From Intoshia linei (Eukaryota > Animalia > Orthonectida): a stretch of DNA of 64,000 nt. Below, one piece after another: positions 24,652 to 40,243 of this stretch. The DNA lies in contig LWCA01000034.1 in assembly GCA_001642005.1 (NCBI GenBank), positions 8,462-72,461 of the forward strand, written 5' to 3'. The position numbers and the translations under genes are program-made. The notes beneath the pieces are model-generated. The model worked only from the letters and a program-made list of their open reading frames with translations, searched no databases and had not been told where the DNA came from. Position 1 is the first letter of the stretch. Each line of letters starts with the position of its first letter.

Positions 24652-27600
24652 ATGGAAAAGTATAAAACTGCCGAAGAGTATGAAAAAATTATTAATCAAT
24701 TGGATCAAGACAGAAGACGGATATTATCAAATACTTATGACAAGTATCCAAATAACAATTCTCATGATTTTTCAAAATCTCAGTATATATCTGCTCCTAT
24801 ACAAAAATGTAATTCAGTGTCAAGTTTACGTAAGTATTTTTCCATTTAGTCATGTATACTTTCATTTAAATGTTAAATTTTATAGAATCAAAAATATAAT
24901 ACTAAAATAATGAACTATTAATTTTAAGTTTAAACAAACCATCCAGGGTGTAAAGTTTTCAAATTGAGTTGACAATGTTATTATATTGTATACATATTAT
25001 GTATGTATTATAGAACTGTGATCCTTATATAATAATAGTTTCATTAATATTAATTAAATTTGCGCTATAGATAAAACATACCCACAAAATTCAAATTTCA
25101 AGCATTCTTATGAAAATATTAATGATATTAAAAATGAAGTATACGAATTAAAATCAAAAAATCAAGTATTTAAAAATTTGTTAAATTCGGTAAATACTAT
25201 ACATTATAATACAGTGATGTCTAACTCATTCCAGGGTTCTCATTCTTGTCCAAAAATTTTGTTTTCCTATAAAACAGAGTTCTCGAAATTAAAGCGGTTT
25301 CTTCTGGGAAATGGTTATAAAATATTTCATACTCTTTTATTTGACTTTTTTCTTTCTTTTGCTTTAATTTTGAACCGCTGTTTTATTATGACTAGTGACA
25401 ATTAACCACATTAAACACATTTCTGAATAATTCGACCATTAGCTACATCTACAGTGTAAACTCTACACATTGTATATTGGGATCCTAATATCTTGTTTAT
25501 TCAACTTTAAGTATAATTTTAGAGAGATTTGAATTACTCTGCTAAATCTGAATTAATGACACCTAATGAAGAAATTTTTAAAAAATCCTATATCAGTGAA
25601 AAAAACGTTAAACTAAAGTAATGATTTCAAATAAAATTAATTAATTATCTTAATTTAGACAACATGAAATTGAAGTATTAAAAATGGATTTAAAGGATAA
25701 AACAACAAAAATAGACCAATACGAAAGATTAAATGAAAAATTGATGCAGGTATTATTACTTTTATTTAAATTCAATTTAAATTTTCTATTTAAAAATTTG
25801 AATACTGCAGTTATTCAACAAAATATACAATTAATCTCATGATGTCATATAACCTAACAGGATGTACATTGTAAGAAAAATTTTAAATAAAATAAAGATA
25901 ACCTTTTTTTAACAATAATATTAAATTATAATATTATTAAATATCGATTATTTATTATTATGATTAGTGAACGTAAACATCATTTAATCAAAATGAAGTA
26001 AAAATTTACTAAATAACGTGAATAATTTTCACGTGCGTTAAATTTAATCTATATAACGATTTAACTTAGTTTGATTGTAGTTCCCGGAACCGAACCTAGC
26101 AAGCTCGCGCCACTCCAAAAATAAAAAATAGCCCCTTAAAAATTTTGTAAATGAATTATAATGTCATATAACTTATTCACCTTTCTAAGACTCTTGAGTT
26201 GTGATTTTAAATTTAACACTTAAATTCGTTGATATTCAAGAATTTTTGTAATGCTCAATTTAGTAAATTAAAGCCTCCATTTTAGAAAAAATTTCGTCGA
26301 GATCCCTCGATGAAAGTATCTCGCATACGGTAGATTCGGCACTGGTAGTTCATCATAAGTATGTTTGAAATTAATAATTTTTTTAAACACGTTATTGAAG
26401 CTACCATGTTAAAATTAATGTAAAATTTTCGATTCAAGGAGGAATGTATAAAAAAAATTAAAATATTACCTTAGTGACGTGTTCAGTATTAAGGGGATTT
26501 TTATAAAAAATTATATCGTCCATACACATTTTTTTTTTGACAAGTGGTCCATGGTGGACAAAGTTTGAGAACCACTGTATTAGTGTGTCAACTTTTGTAA
26601 AAAGTAAGTTTTTAAACTCAGTACTTTTAAGAGTAAACTTATTTTTAAAAATGATTAATTTTTTCAATCAGATTGGTTTTTCAATCAATGAATTGGAAAA
26701 TGGCATTAAATAAATAATTAAATTTTCAATACTATATACCAATAGCAACTAACGCATCAGTTAAAATATTATTTTTTTACATGGTTTATTCACGTTATTA
26801 ATTGAAACTGAATTTTAAAATATAATAAAAACTTCAGTTATACAAAAATTAATATATAACAAAGTATCTATTCTACTAAAAAATTTAATTATCTACTTTC
26901 AATGATACTACAAATGTAGTCTATTATAAAATTGGAATATTATCTTACGAAAAACATCAGTTATTCATTTATAATATAATTCATTTCCTATTTCCATCGA
27001 AAATTAGAAATATTAATTGTATGTTTTGAATTTTTTACATTTTGTGAACGAAAACTGAAAATTCATCAAATTTTTTAAACTTTTACTAAAATTTGAAAAA
27101 AAAAGACTTACTGATTTTTTTATTTTGTAAAACTAAGTACTTAGTACTTACTGAGTTTTAAAAAAAAATTTTACTGTGTTTTACTGTACTAAGTTTCCAA
27201 AAAAACTAAGTTAAACACACTAGTACAGAGGTCTAATTGGTTTTTCGTAGATTCTTCCAATTAAAGTTAAATCTTATCAATTTAAATTTATTTAAATTTT
27301 ACGTGAAATGGTTTCTCCGCCCCTGCACTAAATTATTCACAAATTGGAAACTCTATTTGTATAGGAAAATTAGTTTAATATTATAATTACATATCAATTT
27401 GCAATTAAAATTGGCCATAATTATTCTACCTTTCTTTGTTTGCTCAATGACTTTGACTTCAAAAATCGAAAATATCCATTGCATTAAAAAAGAAAAATAA
27501 ACAAATAATTATAATATTACCTGTTATAATATTGCACCAAATACTACCATACTATTAGATAACATTTATCTAATAATTATGTTGAACATTATATTACCTG

Positions 27601-30371
27601 TGCATAAAATATTATTTGGCGCAATTAATGTTTTATTTTTTAATATCATTTTTAAAAAATATTCAATTTATTATTAATCCTACGACTAACTAGTATACTA
27701 TACATTGTAATTATAATAATTATTGTAATAAGGAATTGAAAGAAAACAAAAAACACCAAGATTTATGCAAACAAAGTCACGATTCATTATTTGAAAAATG
27801 GTTACCAAAATTTGCAAACATTTTACAAGACTCGAATATTCATCATTTTGATGATTCGTTATTGGAAAAATTGAACAATTATCTCAATCGCATTATTCAG
27901 GATAATCAATATTTGGAAGAAGATATCATTAATGTAAAATTTTATAATAAATTTATTAATATGTAAATTTGATTATTGAAATTTTAGCTAAAGAATAAAT
28001 CACAAGCAAACTTGACTAACAATGAGAAATTGTAATTTTGAAATGTATACGTTTTAAAATGTTTTAGTAAATCCAACTTGACTAAAAATTACGAAGATCA
28101 AATTTCAAAATATATCGTAGATTCTAACAAAGATGAAGAAAAAATAAAATTATTACAAAAAAATGTTGATGCATCAAAGTAAAAAAATTGTAAAATTTTA
28201 TATTAGACTTTCCTAGAAAACTCTCTCTAGACATTGAATATGAAAAAAATAATATTATTAACCAATTAAAAAACGAAATTACTAAAAATACAGAAAAATT
28301 TGAATGGGAACAAGAAAATTGGAATCGAAAGGTTCATTTTTAAAAAATACCATTTTTTCAGGAACTTTGTTTTGATAAAATATTAATTTTAGAGAAAAAG
28401 TTTGGAAGATGCACTAGATGATATTCAATCAAAAATAACGGATAAAAATGTCTCTGAAAATGATTATAAAATACAAATAAAAGATTTAGAAAATGACAAT
28501 GCTGAATATGAGGTTTTTGAATTAAAAATTTAGTTTCATTAAATTTAGAAAACTGTAGATATTCTGACTAAAGAAAGAGAAAAAATAGAATCAAATTTAT
28601 CGTATTTTGAGTCTAATTTTAAATTGGTTGAATCTCACTTATTAAAAGAAAAAACTCAAAATTTACTGATTCAAAATGACAACAGATCTTTAAAACAAGA
28701 AATTGAAACGTATGAAACTAGAATTCGTAAAATTAGTAGCGATCAGGGCAAAAATCAACCGTTTTTAGCCCAACAAATCTCGGCATTGAGTGATCGTTTA
28801 AGAATAGTTACAAATGAATGTGCTGATAATGCTGCAACAGTAGTTAAACTTCAAACAGAACGGAATCATTTGAAACGTCAGCTCGATGTCAAAATATTAG
28901 GTATGCATTTAAAGTTTCAATTATCTTAATTTTTTATCGTTTTTAGACGAAAATACAGAAAAAATATACATTAAAAATGAAGACAAGACAAAGCTGGAAT
29001 CAATGATACAACAGGGGAAAATGCAAATTGATAATTTAAAAATAAAATATAATGATTTGCAAAAAAAGTATAATGTGCTAGATATAGAATCTAATGAAAA
29101 ATCCGACTTAATTGATCAAGTTAGAAATGATAGAGACGTTGTAATTGAAAATGCTGAAAAATCTAGAATTAAGTATGAGAATATGAAAAATAATATTGGC
29201 AATGGGTTGAAAAATAGAATAAAATCTTCTAATCAAGAAATTCAACATTATAAGCATATGAATAGTACTATTAAATTACAGTATAGAAAATTAAAGAAAC
29301 GGTTAGAACAAGAACAGTCTTCCAATAGTGAATTTAGAAATACTTATAATAATAATGTTGAAACTTTGAAATGTAAATATGAAAAATTGAGTAAACATCA
29401 CAGTAAAGCTCACGGGGCTTTTGCTTTTGAACAAAGGCAAATATTATCTCAACTTAAACGTAATTTTTTACTTAGTTTGCGTCAAAATGAACTGTTTTAA
29501 TTTGGTATAAACTGGTCTTGGGTAGAGTATGGATGGTCCGAGGCATAACTTGCATTGTAAACTTTGTATTGTATTTATAATTTCTTATATTACATGAACG
29601 TCACTTCTGGGCAAATATTTGTCAATAAATCGGGGAATAAAGAAAAACCTTGTTTGGTTCTCAGTCTGCAACCGATACGCCGAGTTTTCCAGAAAATTAG
29701 CCTATGGAAATTTTTTTCTATTAGATTTCAAAAAAAAAAGAGGGACAGTATTCACTAGTTTGATAAAAGCAAAATGTTGCACCGTTGAGGCCCCATGTGT
29801 TAAATATAAATTAAAACGAGAACCGTTTATCCAGGCATTTATTTTTTAATTTAGTCAAAACCAATGAACTGAAATTAACTAAAAAGGCATTGATTACTCG
29901 AAATAAGTTAAACAAAAGTGGTTTATTAAAATTTTATTATCATTTATCAATATCTAGCAGCTGTATTAAACAACCGATTACAAGGGTACATTTCACCGAA
30001 TGTAAGGAAAGAACGATTTATTTTAATAAAAGATGAGTGTGAACAATTAAAAGTTTTGCTCGATGTGGCAAATAGTGTAAGTTAAAAATTTTTAGCAATA
30101 TTTACTAACTGCTGTATATGATTAATATATTATTTAAATTAATTATAAATACGTTTAATTATAATATTTATGTATTAACTTTTTGAGAAATGTTGACGAG
30201 GTTGTAATTAAAACTTTTATACAACTTTACCAATGATAGACTCTCTCTACAGCTTTACACTACCATACTTGGGTTTACACGTGTTATTGTGTATGTTGAA
30301 TGGAAGAGAGATGAAAATCTTTTTTACATTTTGGATACTTGAAAATCTTTTTCACTTGCTAGAAACCTTAA
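24652..30371 (+). CDS. Multi-exon coiled-coil protein, family unassigned
   Basis: In-frame spliced exons from ATG 24652 (24652-24829, 25071-25189, 25523-25617, 25659-25749, several at about 27733-29459, 29855-29919, about 29958-30076), all E/K/Q/N-rich heptad-like. 3' end uncertain. Confidence 0.7.
26085..26344. mobile_element. Degenerate hAT-type MITE
   Basis: Ends CGGAACCGAACCTAG...TAGATTCGGCACTG; flanks GTAGTTCC/GTAGTTCA. Confidence 0.55.
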
Positions 30372-31164
30372 TTGGCCTTAAAATCAAATTAAATGTTTAT
30401 CAACATCAATTATTACATTATGTACATTAGTGACAAAATAAGCTGATAACATTACTATGGAACAAAAAGAAGACATGAACCAGTTGTGACAAGTAGATCA
30501 CTTTTTTAAAGATTTAAAAATGTTCATTAATTTCTATATTTTAATTCTTCTATATGAAATAAGTTATATCCATGCAAAAAGTAAACTTTCGACCAAAAAA
30601 AGCGAACATGCGCTTTAAATAATCTGAAAAAAATTGAAACTGAAAAAATATAAAATAAATAAATTAAATCATTATCATCAAATTACATTTTTAACGATTT
30701 AATTGTATATTATATTCATTGTCACACGAATAAAGAAGGTTAAAAAATGGAACAGTTGCTAAAAGTGGACCAAATTTTGGAAAAGTGACCCGCTTAATCT
30801 GTTCTTGTTTAAAATAACATAAATAATATTACAATTTTCTCAGAGAATTATTGGTTCTATGGGTCGATTCTTAAAAAAATTGAGCAACAGTAACAACTTG
30901 TTACTATCAAGTAATTGAAAAAAATTATATAGTAAATTTCATCAATCTAAAATTAAGTTATTTTTATTTTTAATTATGGAGGGGGCGATTTTAAAAAATG
31001 TTGAGGAAAACTGAAAAAAAACTAAAAAGCTAGAGTCTAGCCTAAGAGTACAATAAAAAAATAAAAATATTTATTCCAGGGTTATGTGATATACAATTTT
31101 GTTGACATGAATTTTACAATACTAAATTTAACCTAACTTAAAAAAATATACAAAATTAAACCTT

Positions 31165-34100
31165 TTATAGAACATGAAAATGATGTCTGATGAAAATAGT
31201 TACTTGTACAATACCATAAAGAAAATGATTAGCGAAAATAAATACGAAAATGAAAATAAAGAAAAAAATCAATATAATAACATTAACAATTATAAATGTA
31301 TAGAATAAAAAAGATATTAAATTTATAAAAAATTGTTTATACATATGAAATTTTATAAATTTAATGTCTTTGACGCATTGACGGAAATGGTGAGCTTTCA
31401 ATATACGCTTTTTCTTGTGATTGTTTAGATTTCTAAAAATTAATAAAATTTTTAAATAAAAAAATATTAACATTGTACATAAAAACTGGATCAGCGGTCA
31501 CCAATTATAGTGTTCGTATATCAAAGAATGTGATAAATGATTATGGGTTCATATAAACTGATTCATGTACATCGGCGGGCTGCAACCAGTGGCCCACATA
31601 ATAATTTTGGTGGCCCTTTGAGTAAATATGTAAATTATTTATTTTTCAACTTTTAAACACCATATTAAACATTTTCTACTACAATTGGCTCATTATAATC
31701 ATTTTAATACGGAATTTTCAAATCGTCCTGGATTTTATTTTGTTGGATATACTAGAACAGGGGTGCACAACGTGCGGCCGTGGGCAATACATCTGATCAT
31801 AATGCAATATATCATTTTACTTCAAATTGAAAAGTTAAAATGAGATTTTATGCAAGGTCTATTTAAAATATTTTAATCAAAAAGTTACATTCTTGACTTT
31901 GTCCCAGTTTCTCAAATGTTAGCGAAGGGCACACAAAATCAAGGCAGTCACTGATATCTTTTTTATGTCATTATTAATATTTACATATTTTTTATGTTTT
32001 CCACTCTAATGTATCACAAATCGGTTTTTAATGCAAATTTTTTCTGTTGTCCAATTATTATTAATTATTTACCGAAAAATTAATGATTAATGTTTTTTCA
32101 AAAAAAAAAATTAGTAAAAGTAGATTTTTCAAATTTTTTTAAAACAAGGTTTTTTCTTATGGAATAAGTCAGAAGAATTAATGCTCTAAAAATTTGGTGA
32201 AATGGGATTTTTCATAAAAATATTGGTAAAAGCGATTTTTTTCCTTAAGGGTTGTTAAAATTTTTCCTCTCATTTTGGATGTAATTATTCTTACATTGAT
32301 TGTAATTGTTATCACATTGAGAATCGTTATTCCATTTTGAATTTAGCTATTTTTACATTGACTGTGACTATTCTTACTTTGAATGTAAATATAATAATTT
32401 TCAAAATGAATTTATATTTTTATTTCGAACCTATATTATGGTTAAATGAACCTGCGAATAACATACGGATATTTTTAACAATTTAAACTCAGAAAATTAG
32501 AATATTTTTCTTAAATATACACCTTAAACGTAAAAAAATATATTATAGGTAGTGCGATTCAACCATGTTACGTTTCCCGTTAATTACAATTTAAATGTTG
32601 GTCGAAATATACCAGAAACCCTTAATAATTTGATTATCACTTTGAATATAGCAATCATCACATTGCTTGTGGTTATTTTATTGTGTTCCAAAATGTTATC
32701 ACATTGAATTTAATTATTATCACATCGGTTGTAATTATTATCATATTGATAGTGAAATGGTATAGTTTCAACACTAGAGATGCAAATTTTAGCTAATCAA
32801 ATTGATTAGACTGCATATTAAAATTGAAAATGTGTGTCGATTTTTTTAAGTACTTTTAAAAAGAGTTTAAAAATTTTACTTAATGTTTCAAAAAAACTTA
32901 ATTTGTAGTTTTTACCAAAAAAGTAAATTTATCTTACTTGGTCCGTCCCCAAAAAAAAAAACTTAGAATTTCTGGTATTCTGGAACTCAGTTTTACTTTA
33001 TATATATAACAGAGTTTTAACAATGAATATTTGTAAAACTCGCCAATGATGCAAAGTAATATAAAATTATTTATAATTCAATAGCATAAAGTCCCTAATC
33101 TATAAGATAAAATTACCTGATTTTTGCGTTTTTTAGATTTCTTTTTATGCCTTTTTCCATAATGTTCAAATTCAATATTTTTAGTAGTGGAGTTATCTTC
33201 AACATCTAAATGTTTAAAAGTATGCAATTCAGGTTCAGGGTTTGTTAAAACTTCTTTAACATTCGCTAATTCAACATTTGATTGAATTTGAGATACTACA
33301 ACAATATCAATATCATCTTTTAAAAAATCTGGTTTTTCGTCTTCTCTATCACTCTTAAGAGAAATAGAGAGGTCGAGTGACGAATTAATCAAACAAAATT
33401 CATCAGTAACTGCACTACCCTTGATATCATCAGATTCATGGATATGCGAATCGTATTCTTGAATATCTTGTAAATTGGCATCTTGAAGTGGTTCATTTTG
33501 TACCAAATTGGATATATCACCCTGTTTATTTCGACATTCAATTTCTTCAACTTCACTTTTAACTTGAACAGTCAACGTATTAGTACCATAAATATCCTTA
33601 TCCTCTAAATTTTCATCTAAAAGTGATTCAGTGGACGAAATAACCATCACATTTTTATCGACACTAAAATTAAAGTATTTGTCTTGATAAAAGTAATATA
33701 CAATTTTTTTAAGAAAGTCATCAAGTTGATCAAAAAATTTAATAATATTCAAACTATTGGATTCATCATTTTTCAAAAATTTTTTAACAGTATCCTTAAT
33801 ATCTAAAATATTCTTGGGAAAATTAAAAGTCATGTCATAATCCTTTTCAATATACATTTTAATTTTATCAAATTTGTCAAAATCCAGGGAAGAATTTTTC
33901 AACAAGAAAAAATCATTGGAAACATCATTAAGACATCCATCCACAAATGACTTTATAGCATAATTGCTCTTCATTAAAACATCTTCAGCTTGAATTTTTA
34001 ATATAGTAGCAGTTTGTTTTTGAGCAGTAATTGTAGAAATTATTTTTCCTTTTTCATCAATATCCTTTTGTTTCAATAACAAAACTTTACGCATTTCCTC

Positions 34101-37100
34101 CAATTCCTTAGTATAAGTATCTAAATCCATTATGGCTGACCAGTCATCAGAAGTACATGTACTTTTTTTGCCATTTTCATCTATATTTTTATTGTTTGAA
34201 TTCAACTCATTGGAGTCATTTTTGTCGTTTTTATTATCCAATTCATTTAATAAATCTTGTTTTTCAAGACGCAATTGAGTGATTTGCACGCCCAGTTCAT
34301 TTAAACTATTAATTAAATCTTCACAGTTCATTTTTTCTTGGATAAACTTTTTATCCAACTCATCATATTCGAATTTAATAAATTCTAAATCTTCCTGAGC
34401 AGCTTCAAAATCTTCATTCAAAAATGAGTTTTCCGTTTGAATTTTTTCAATTTTATTATCCTTTTCATTTACTAAAGTAGTCAATCGATCAATTTCGTTT
34501 TCATCTTCAGTTTGACAATCAATTGAACTAGATTCAAATTTTTTAGAAACGGAAGATTGAATAATTTTATCCAAAACATCCTTTAAATAAAATGAATTAC
34601 AAACATTGATTGTAAAATCACCAACATTGAAATTTTCCAACTTAATAATGGGTACAGTTAAATTATACAAGTCTCCAAAAAATGTTAAAATGACATTGAG
34701 ACTTTCAACTAAAATACTAAAAGTATCATTTTGCTTTTCCAATAATTTCAAAAAATCCTCATTCTCATCTTGATCTTCCTTTTGAACTGAAGCTAATTTA
34801 TTTTTTTCCTTTTCCGTTTCATTGTATTTATCAGACAATAATTTATAATTTTGAACCAATTTATTATAGCACTCATCCCCATTAGATATACTGTCCTTTA
34901 AAAACGCATTATTTTGGCGCAACAGTAAATTTTGAACATTAAAGTATCCAGCAATATTAAAAACAACCAATTCAAAATGTGCGTCCAATTTACTACACAA
35001 CACGAGAAATGCTGATAAATTAGACTCTGCCGTTTTTTTTAAATTCAATTTTTCACTTTCCACACTATTTTCAAGCATACAAAATTGACCGATAATTTTT
35101 TGAGCCAGAGATTTAATATTTTGAATAACATTAAATTTATATTCTTTAAAATAATTTTGATCCAAATCTGATTTATTCTCCTCCTCCACACTTTGACTAG
35201 GTTTATGAAGACAATACGATTTTAAATTTAATTCGTCAATAAATTTTTGAGTCAAATCGACATAATCATCTACAGAATAAAAAGTTTTGCATTTAACAGA
35301 GTCATCAACCACCTTTAACAAATCAATAAGTTGACTAAATTGATTTTCACGTTCTAGATGCTCAATTGAAAAAATTGAATTAGAAAAGGACACAACCCGT
35401 TCCATCGCCAAACAAATTTTCAATTCCCTATTCTGTAACTCCAAATTTTTATCAAAAATCCTAGACAAATGCATGACACCATCATTATCAGTTTTAAGTC
35501 CCTTCAAAATTGAATAAATGTCTACCATGTCATTTTTAAGCGACCGCAACATTGATAAAACTGAATTTTTATCAAAATTTTTCAAACCCTTATATTGACC
35601 ATTCTGTCGACACAATTCAATATTAGCATTACAAATTTGAGCGTATTTTGTAATAAATTTAGAATAAAAAGATAAATTATTTTCAAAAACCACAAAAACT
35701 TTTTCATACAAAGCATTCATCCCGTCGTTCAAACGTCCAGATAATTGAATCAAAAAAAAATCAATTTTATCATTTTCAAATTTCACTTTTTCGCCAAAAT
35801 TTTTGAAACAATCTTGATAATTTGTAACAAGTCTCAGACTATTTTCAAGTTTTAAAAAAAGCTCATTCCTTTCAATCAAATTTAAAGACATTTCAGACTT
35901 CATTTTTTCCATTTCCAAACATTGTTTAGACATTTCTTCATTTTCACAAAAACTTTTTTCCATTTTAATTATTAAACCATCTCTATTTTCTAAAATGTCA
36001 CAATTTTCTTTTTTCAACTCTTGATAATCATGATACAATAAATTGTAATCATTTGAAATTTTTTCGACATTTTCATTACAATTTTTTTCAAAATTTTTCA
36101 TGTTTTTTTCAATTTTTTCAATAATTTCAATCTTTGAATTCAAAAGACTTTGCAATTTATTACATTCTTCGTTTTTCAAATTCAATTTATTTGAAAATTC
36201 ATTCACATTAAATATACTCGATTCCAATTGTATATTCAATGAATCAAATTCTTTTGAATATGACTCAAAGTTCTTTAATAATTTTTCATTTTTACTGTTG
36301 ACGTTTTTCAATTCTTGATTATAAAAATTATTATTATTTATCAATAACTCATTTTCGTTTTTTATTTTTTCAACTTCTTGTTGATAGTATTGACTGTTTG
36401 ATTTTAAAATTTTAGTTTCTTGTTCCAGTGTCTCAAATTGTTGAATGCATACTGATAATTGGTTTTTCATTTCATCGTTTTTTTTTTGAGTCAAATTCAC
36501 TTTTTTAACTGTTTCAATGTTTTCCTTTTTTAAGGAATCTATTGTATAATTTGCATTTACAAATTTTTGATTTAGTTGCTGGTTATCGTTTTTTAGGTTT
36601 TCATTATCATTTGATAGGGAAATGTTTGTTTGTTTGATGGTTTCTAATTGTTTTATTATTACATTCTTTTCATTTTCATTTGATTTATATTTCATGTCAT
36701 TTAATTTTAAATTTTTAATTTCAGATAATAAATATTTTTTTTCATTTTCTAAATTTGAATATGCAGTGCATGTTGAGGTGTAATTATTATTTGCGGTTTC
36801 ATATTTTGATGTCATTTCCATTAAATTTGAGCCAACTTGATTCAATTTTGAATTTTTGAATTCCATTTCCTAAAATTGTAAAAATTAGTATATATTAATA
36901 ATTAGTGATTGTGCCGGGAAAAAAACCGGGACAAATTTTCTCCGATTTTTACTATTTCCCCAAAAAAATTGAGACATACTTGTATTTGATTTATGTTTGT
37001 TATTACTATGAAAATATAATTATATTATAATATTTAAAATTTACCATTTCAAAAATAACATCACTAATAATCTGTAATCAAAAATACCATTTCAAGCCCT

Positions 37101-40100
37101 CATGGAAAAATTGACTTACACCGACATTCTTTTCAAAAATCCTATTTTACAAAATCTTATGAAAAAAATCCATTTCATCAAATCACAAATTACTAACGCT
37201 TAAGGGAATTATCCTCCTTTTCCAATATTATTTTGAAAAATATTATGAGTTGCTACGAACTGTAACGCTATCATCAAGATTGTTAAAATTAAAGGAAGCC
37301 CTTATGACCGTTCAACCCACGTCAACACATAATGAAAAAAATTTCTCTACTGCTTCTAATTTCGTTACAAAACGTAAAACGCGTTTAAAATTTGTAAATT
37401 TCAATCTAATATTCGCGTTATTTCATTAATTAAATTTCTTTTTGTTTCTAAAATTAATTAAGGTCTCTAAAATTTTTAATGCTTCTATATTATATATGAA
37501 TAAAAATTTTTTATTTCCCGGTTCTCGACTTTTGTCATTTCTCGAAAAATCACAATCACTATTAATAATACGTTTAAACCAACTTTTTTTGTTGTGTAAA
37601 ATTAAAAAAACGGATAGCATTTTTATAAATTTTTATTTATAGTAATCAGAATTTATTGTAATAAATGTCAGTCCTATTTTTCAATTTTCTCAATTAATAA
37701 TATAAGTTAGGTTGTTAAACTTTAAACTCATTTCATTTTCAATTTGAATTACAAAACTACCAAAAAAAGCCAATATTATCAAACCTTACGAGAAAAATTC
37801 ACTTTAACCAAGCCACACTAGGAAAAATACAATTTTAACATTGCTAATTAATTGTTATCAATATTTTTTGCAAAAATTCAGTTTTACCAAACATTATGTG
37901 AAACAATTCATTTCTACAATCCATACCAAAAAAAATCAAATTTTAACAATATTATCAAAACTTTGACAAAAAATTGATTTTTAACAAAATTTAAAAGAAA
38001 AATCCAATAGTAGCAAACCTTACTAAAGAAATTAATTTTTACCCAATCTTGTATAAAAAATCCGCTTCTACCAAACCATATAATAAAAAATCAATTATTA
38101 TTAAATCTTAGTACAGTGTTTACCAAATGCTGTTCCGCGGACCAGTACTGGTCCCTGAAAATTTTACCAATTAGAAGTCTTATCATTACGTGTTTTATCA
38201 AATTTTTTTTAATTTTGGCTAGGAATTTCGCTTTAATGACTCGCGACAAATTTTATAATTAAATATCGTTCTGACGTGAAAAAAGTGTGGTAATCTCTGC
38301 CATGGAGAAAGATTAATTTTTACTAAACCCCATCAGAATTTTACAAACATTAAATAAAAAACCAAACATCATACAAACTCAATGTTAAACTCAATAAATA
38401 TAACCTTAATGCACACTTTTTTACATACATTACAAAAATGAAAATTTTTAATCTCTAAAATTGACATTTCCTCTATATAAAACGAAATTAATATAATATT
38501 CTAAATAAACACAATTCAGATTTATAAAATAAAAAAAATCCCTAACCTTATTAAAACGGACGGATTTTTCATCAATTTCTTTTTCAAGTTTAGAAATATT
38601 ATTTTGATAATTAATTTCATCATATTTGTATTTTTCCAAAACCTCATCATCATGTTCATTACATTGAAATTTGAGTTTGAAATCATCGAGTTGAGAATTA
38701 CTTTCATCAAGTAAATTTTGTAAAGTTTCCATATCCGTAGAATACTGAGTATTTAAATTCTGTAAACTAGTACATTTATTCAAAGATTGAACTTCAATTT
38801 CCTTTTTCATTTGCAATTCATTCTGTAAACGAGTATATGCTTCAGACCATTGAATATTGGCGTCTTCATATTTTTTAGCATTTTCTTTCAATTCAAGATT
38901 TTGTTGAATCAATTTTTTTTGTTCAATTTGAATTTTATTAAAATCCAAATAAAGTAATTTTCGTTTTTCAGTTTCATCACGTAAATTTATTGATAAATTT
39001 TCCGCACCAACTTGAAATTCATTGATGCGCTCCTTTAAAATGTCGATTTGAGTTGAATACTGACAATTTAAAGTTGAAACTGAATTTAAATTATTTTTTA
39101 AAGTGTCATTTTCTAGGGTTAAAGTATTACCATTTTCAATCAATTTAGAATTTTCATTTTCAAAACGCGCAATCTTGTCTTGACAAGTTTTATAAACATT
39201 ATTCAACTGAGAATATTCATTTTTCAAATTAATTAAAATTTGATTACCATTTTTAATTTTATTTTCCAAATTACAATTTTCATGAGATAAAGTATCTACC
39301 TGATTCTTTAATTGCACTAAACTAGCATTATCGACTTGTGAATATTTATTCAATGACTTTTCTTTTTCCAAGTCAATGTAAGCTTGAGTTAAATCTTTTT
39401 TTAATGCTATAAGGGTATTTTCTTTGGATTTTATTGTAATTTCATATTCTGATAATTTATAATTCAATCCAATGTCAGAATTTATATTATTTTGACTAGT
39501 GTTAGTATTGCATGTTTTTAGTTGGTTGGTTAAATTTTCCAATTCTTTTTTCAATTTGGTGTTTTCATTACATGTCCGCTTTTCAGATAAATATATTTTA
39601 CCATATTTAATTTTTTGTAATTTTAATTGTTTTAATAAGTCTTGATTTGTTTTTTTCTCAATTTCTATATGATTAATAATCATTAATAAATAATTTAAAC
39701 TTTTAAAATTTATGTCTCAGTTTTCGTACTTTTCGGAATGCACTACGAAATTTGAACGTAAAATAACGTTTGTAACGTTCAAGTCCTTTTGTGCATTACA
39801 AAAATGATATTAGTCAGAATTTATCCAATATTAATATTGTAGTTATCATCTATCCAATTACTACAAATTGGATATTTTAGAACCATTTTCATAATGGTGA
39901 CACACTTATTAAAAATATAATAATTTCGATATAAAAAAAACTTTATTGGTTTTGATTAAAAGATTTAATGGTACATTTCATGCAAGTATTTATAGTTAAT
40001 AATTCGTAGACTAAAATTTTCAGATGATACCAAGAGTCTAGAACCAACACAAATTAATTTACTAGGGTGATTTAAATCTTACAGAAAAATTTCAACCGCA

Positions 40101-40243
40101 TTTACAACATAATTTTCGAGTATATAAACTTGTACGGTATTTATTACTAAAAATATTAATTATTTAATCACGTGTCATGTTTTACATGTAATTAAAAATT
40201 AAATATTTTATTCAAAATTACCCAGTTTATCCGTTTGTTCCAT
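31165..40243 (-). CDS. Very large coiled-coil protein (about 1650+ aa), golgin/centrosomal-like, unassigned
   Basis: Exon 1 40243-40222 (MEQTDKL), exon 2 39664-38547, exon 3 36869-33117 (3.75 kb, ends KRHKKKSKKRKNQ|GT), and a last exon starting at 31432 whose reading frame is uncertain. Confidence 0.8.
36903..37561 (+). mobile_element. Non-autonomous hAT element (copy 2), intronic
   Basis: TIRs TAGTGATTGTG...CACAATCACTA with perfect 8-bp TSD TTAATAAT. High similarity to 13908-14742 with internal deletions. Confidence 0.92.

Noticed and set aside
36100-36318. Antisense or overlapping ORFs (also 7580-7780, 19919-20134, 43697-43987, 50658-50882)
   Set aside because: These are shadow ORFs opposite real exons, rich in F/I/L/N as expected from AT-rich codons.
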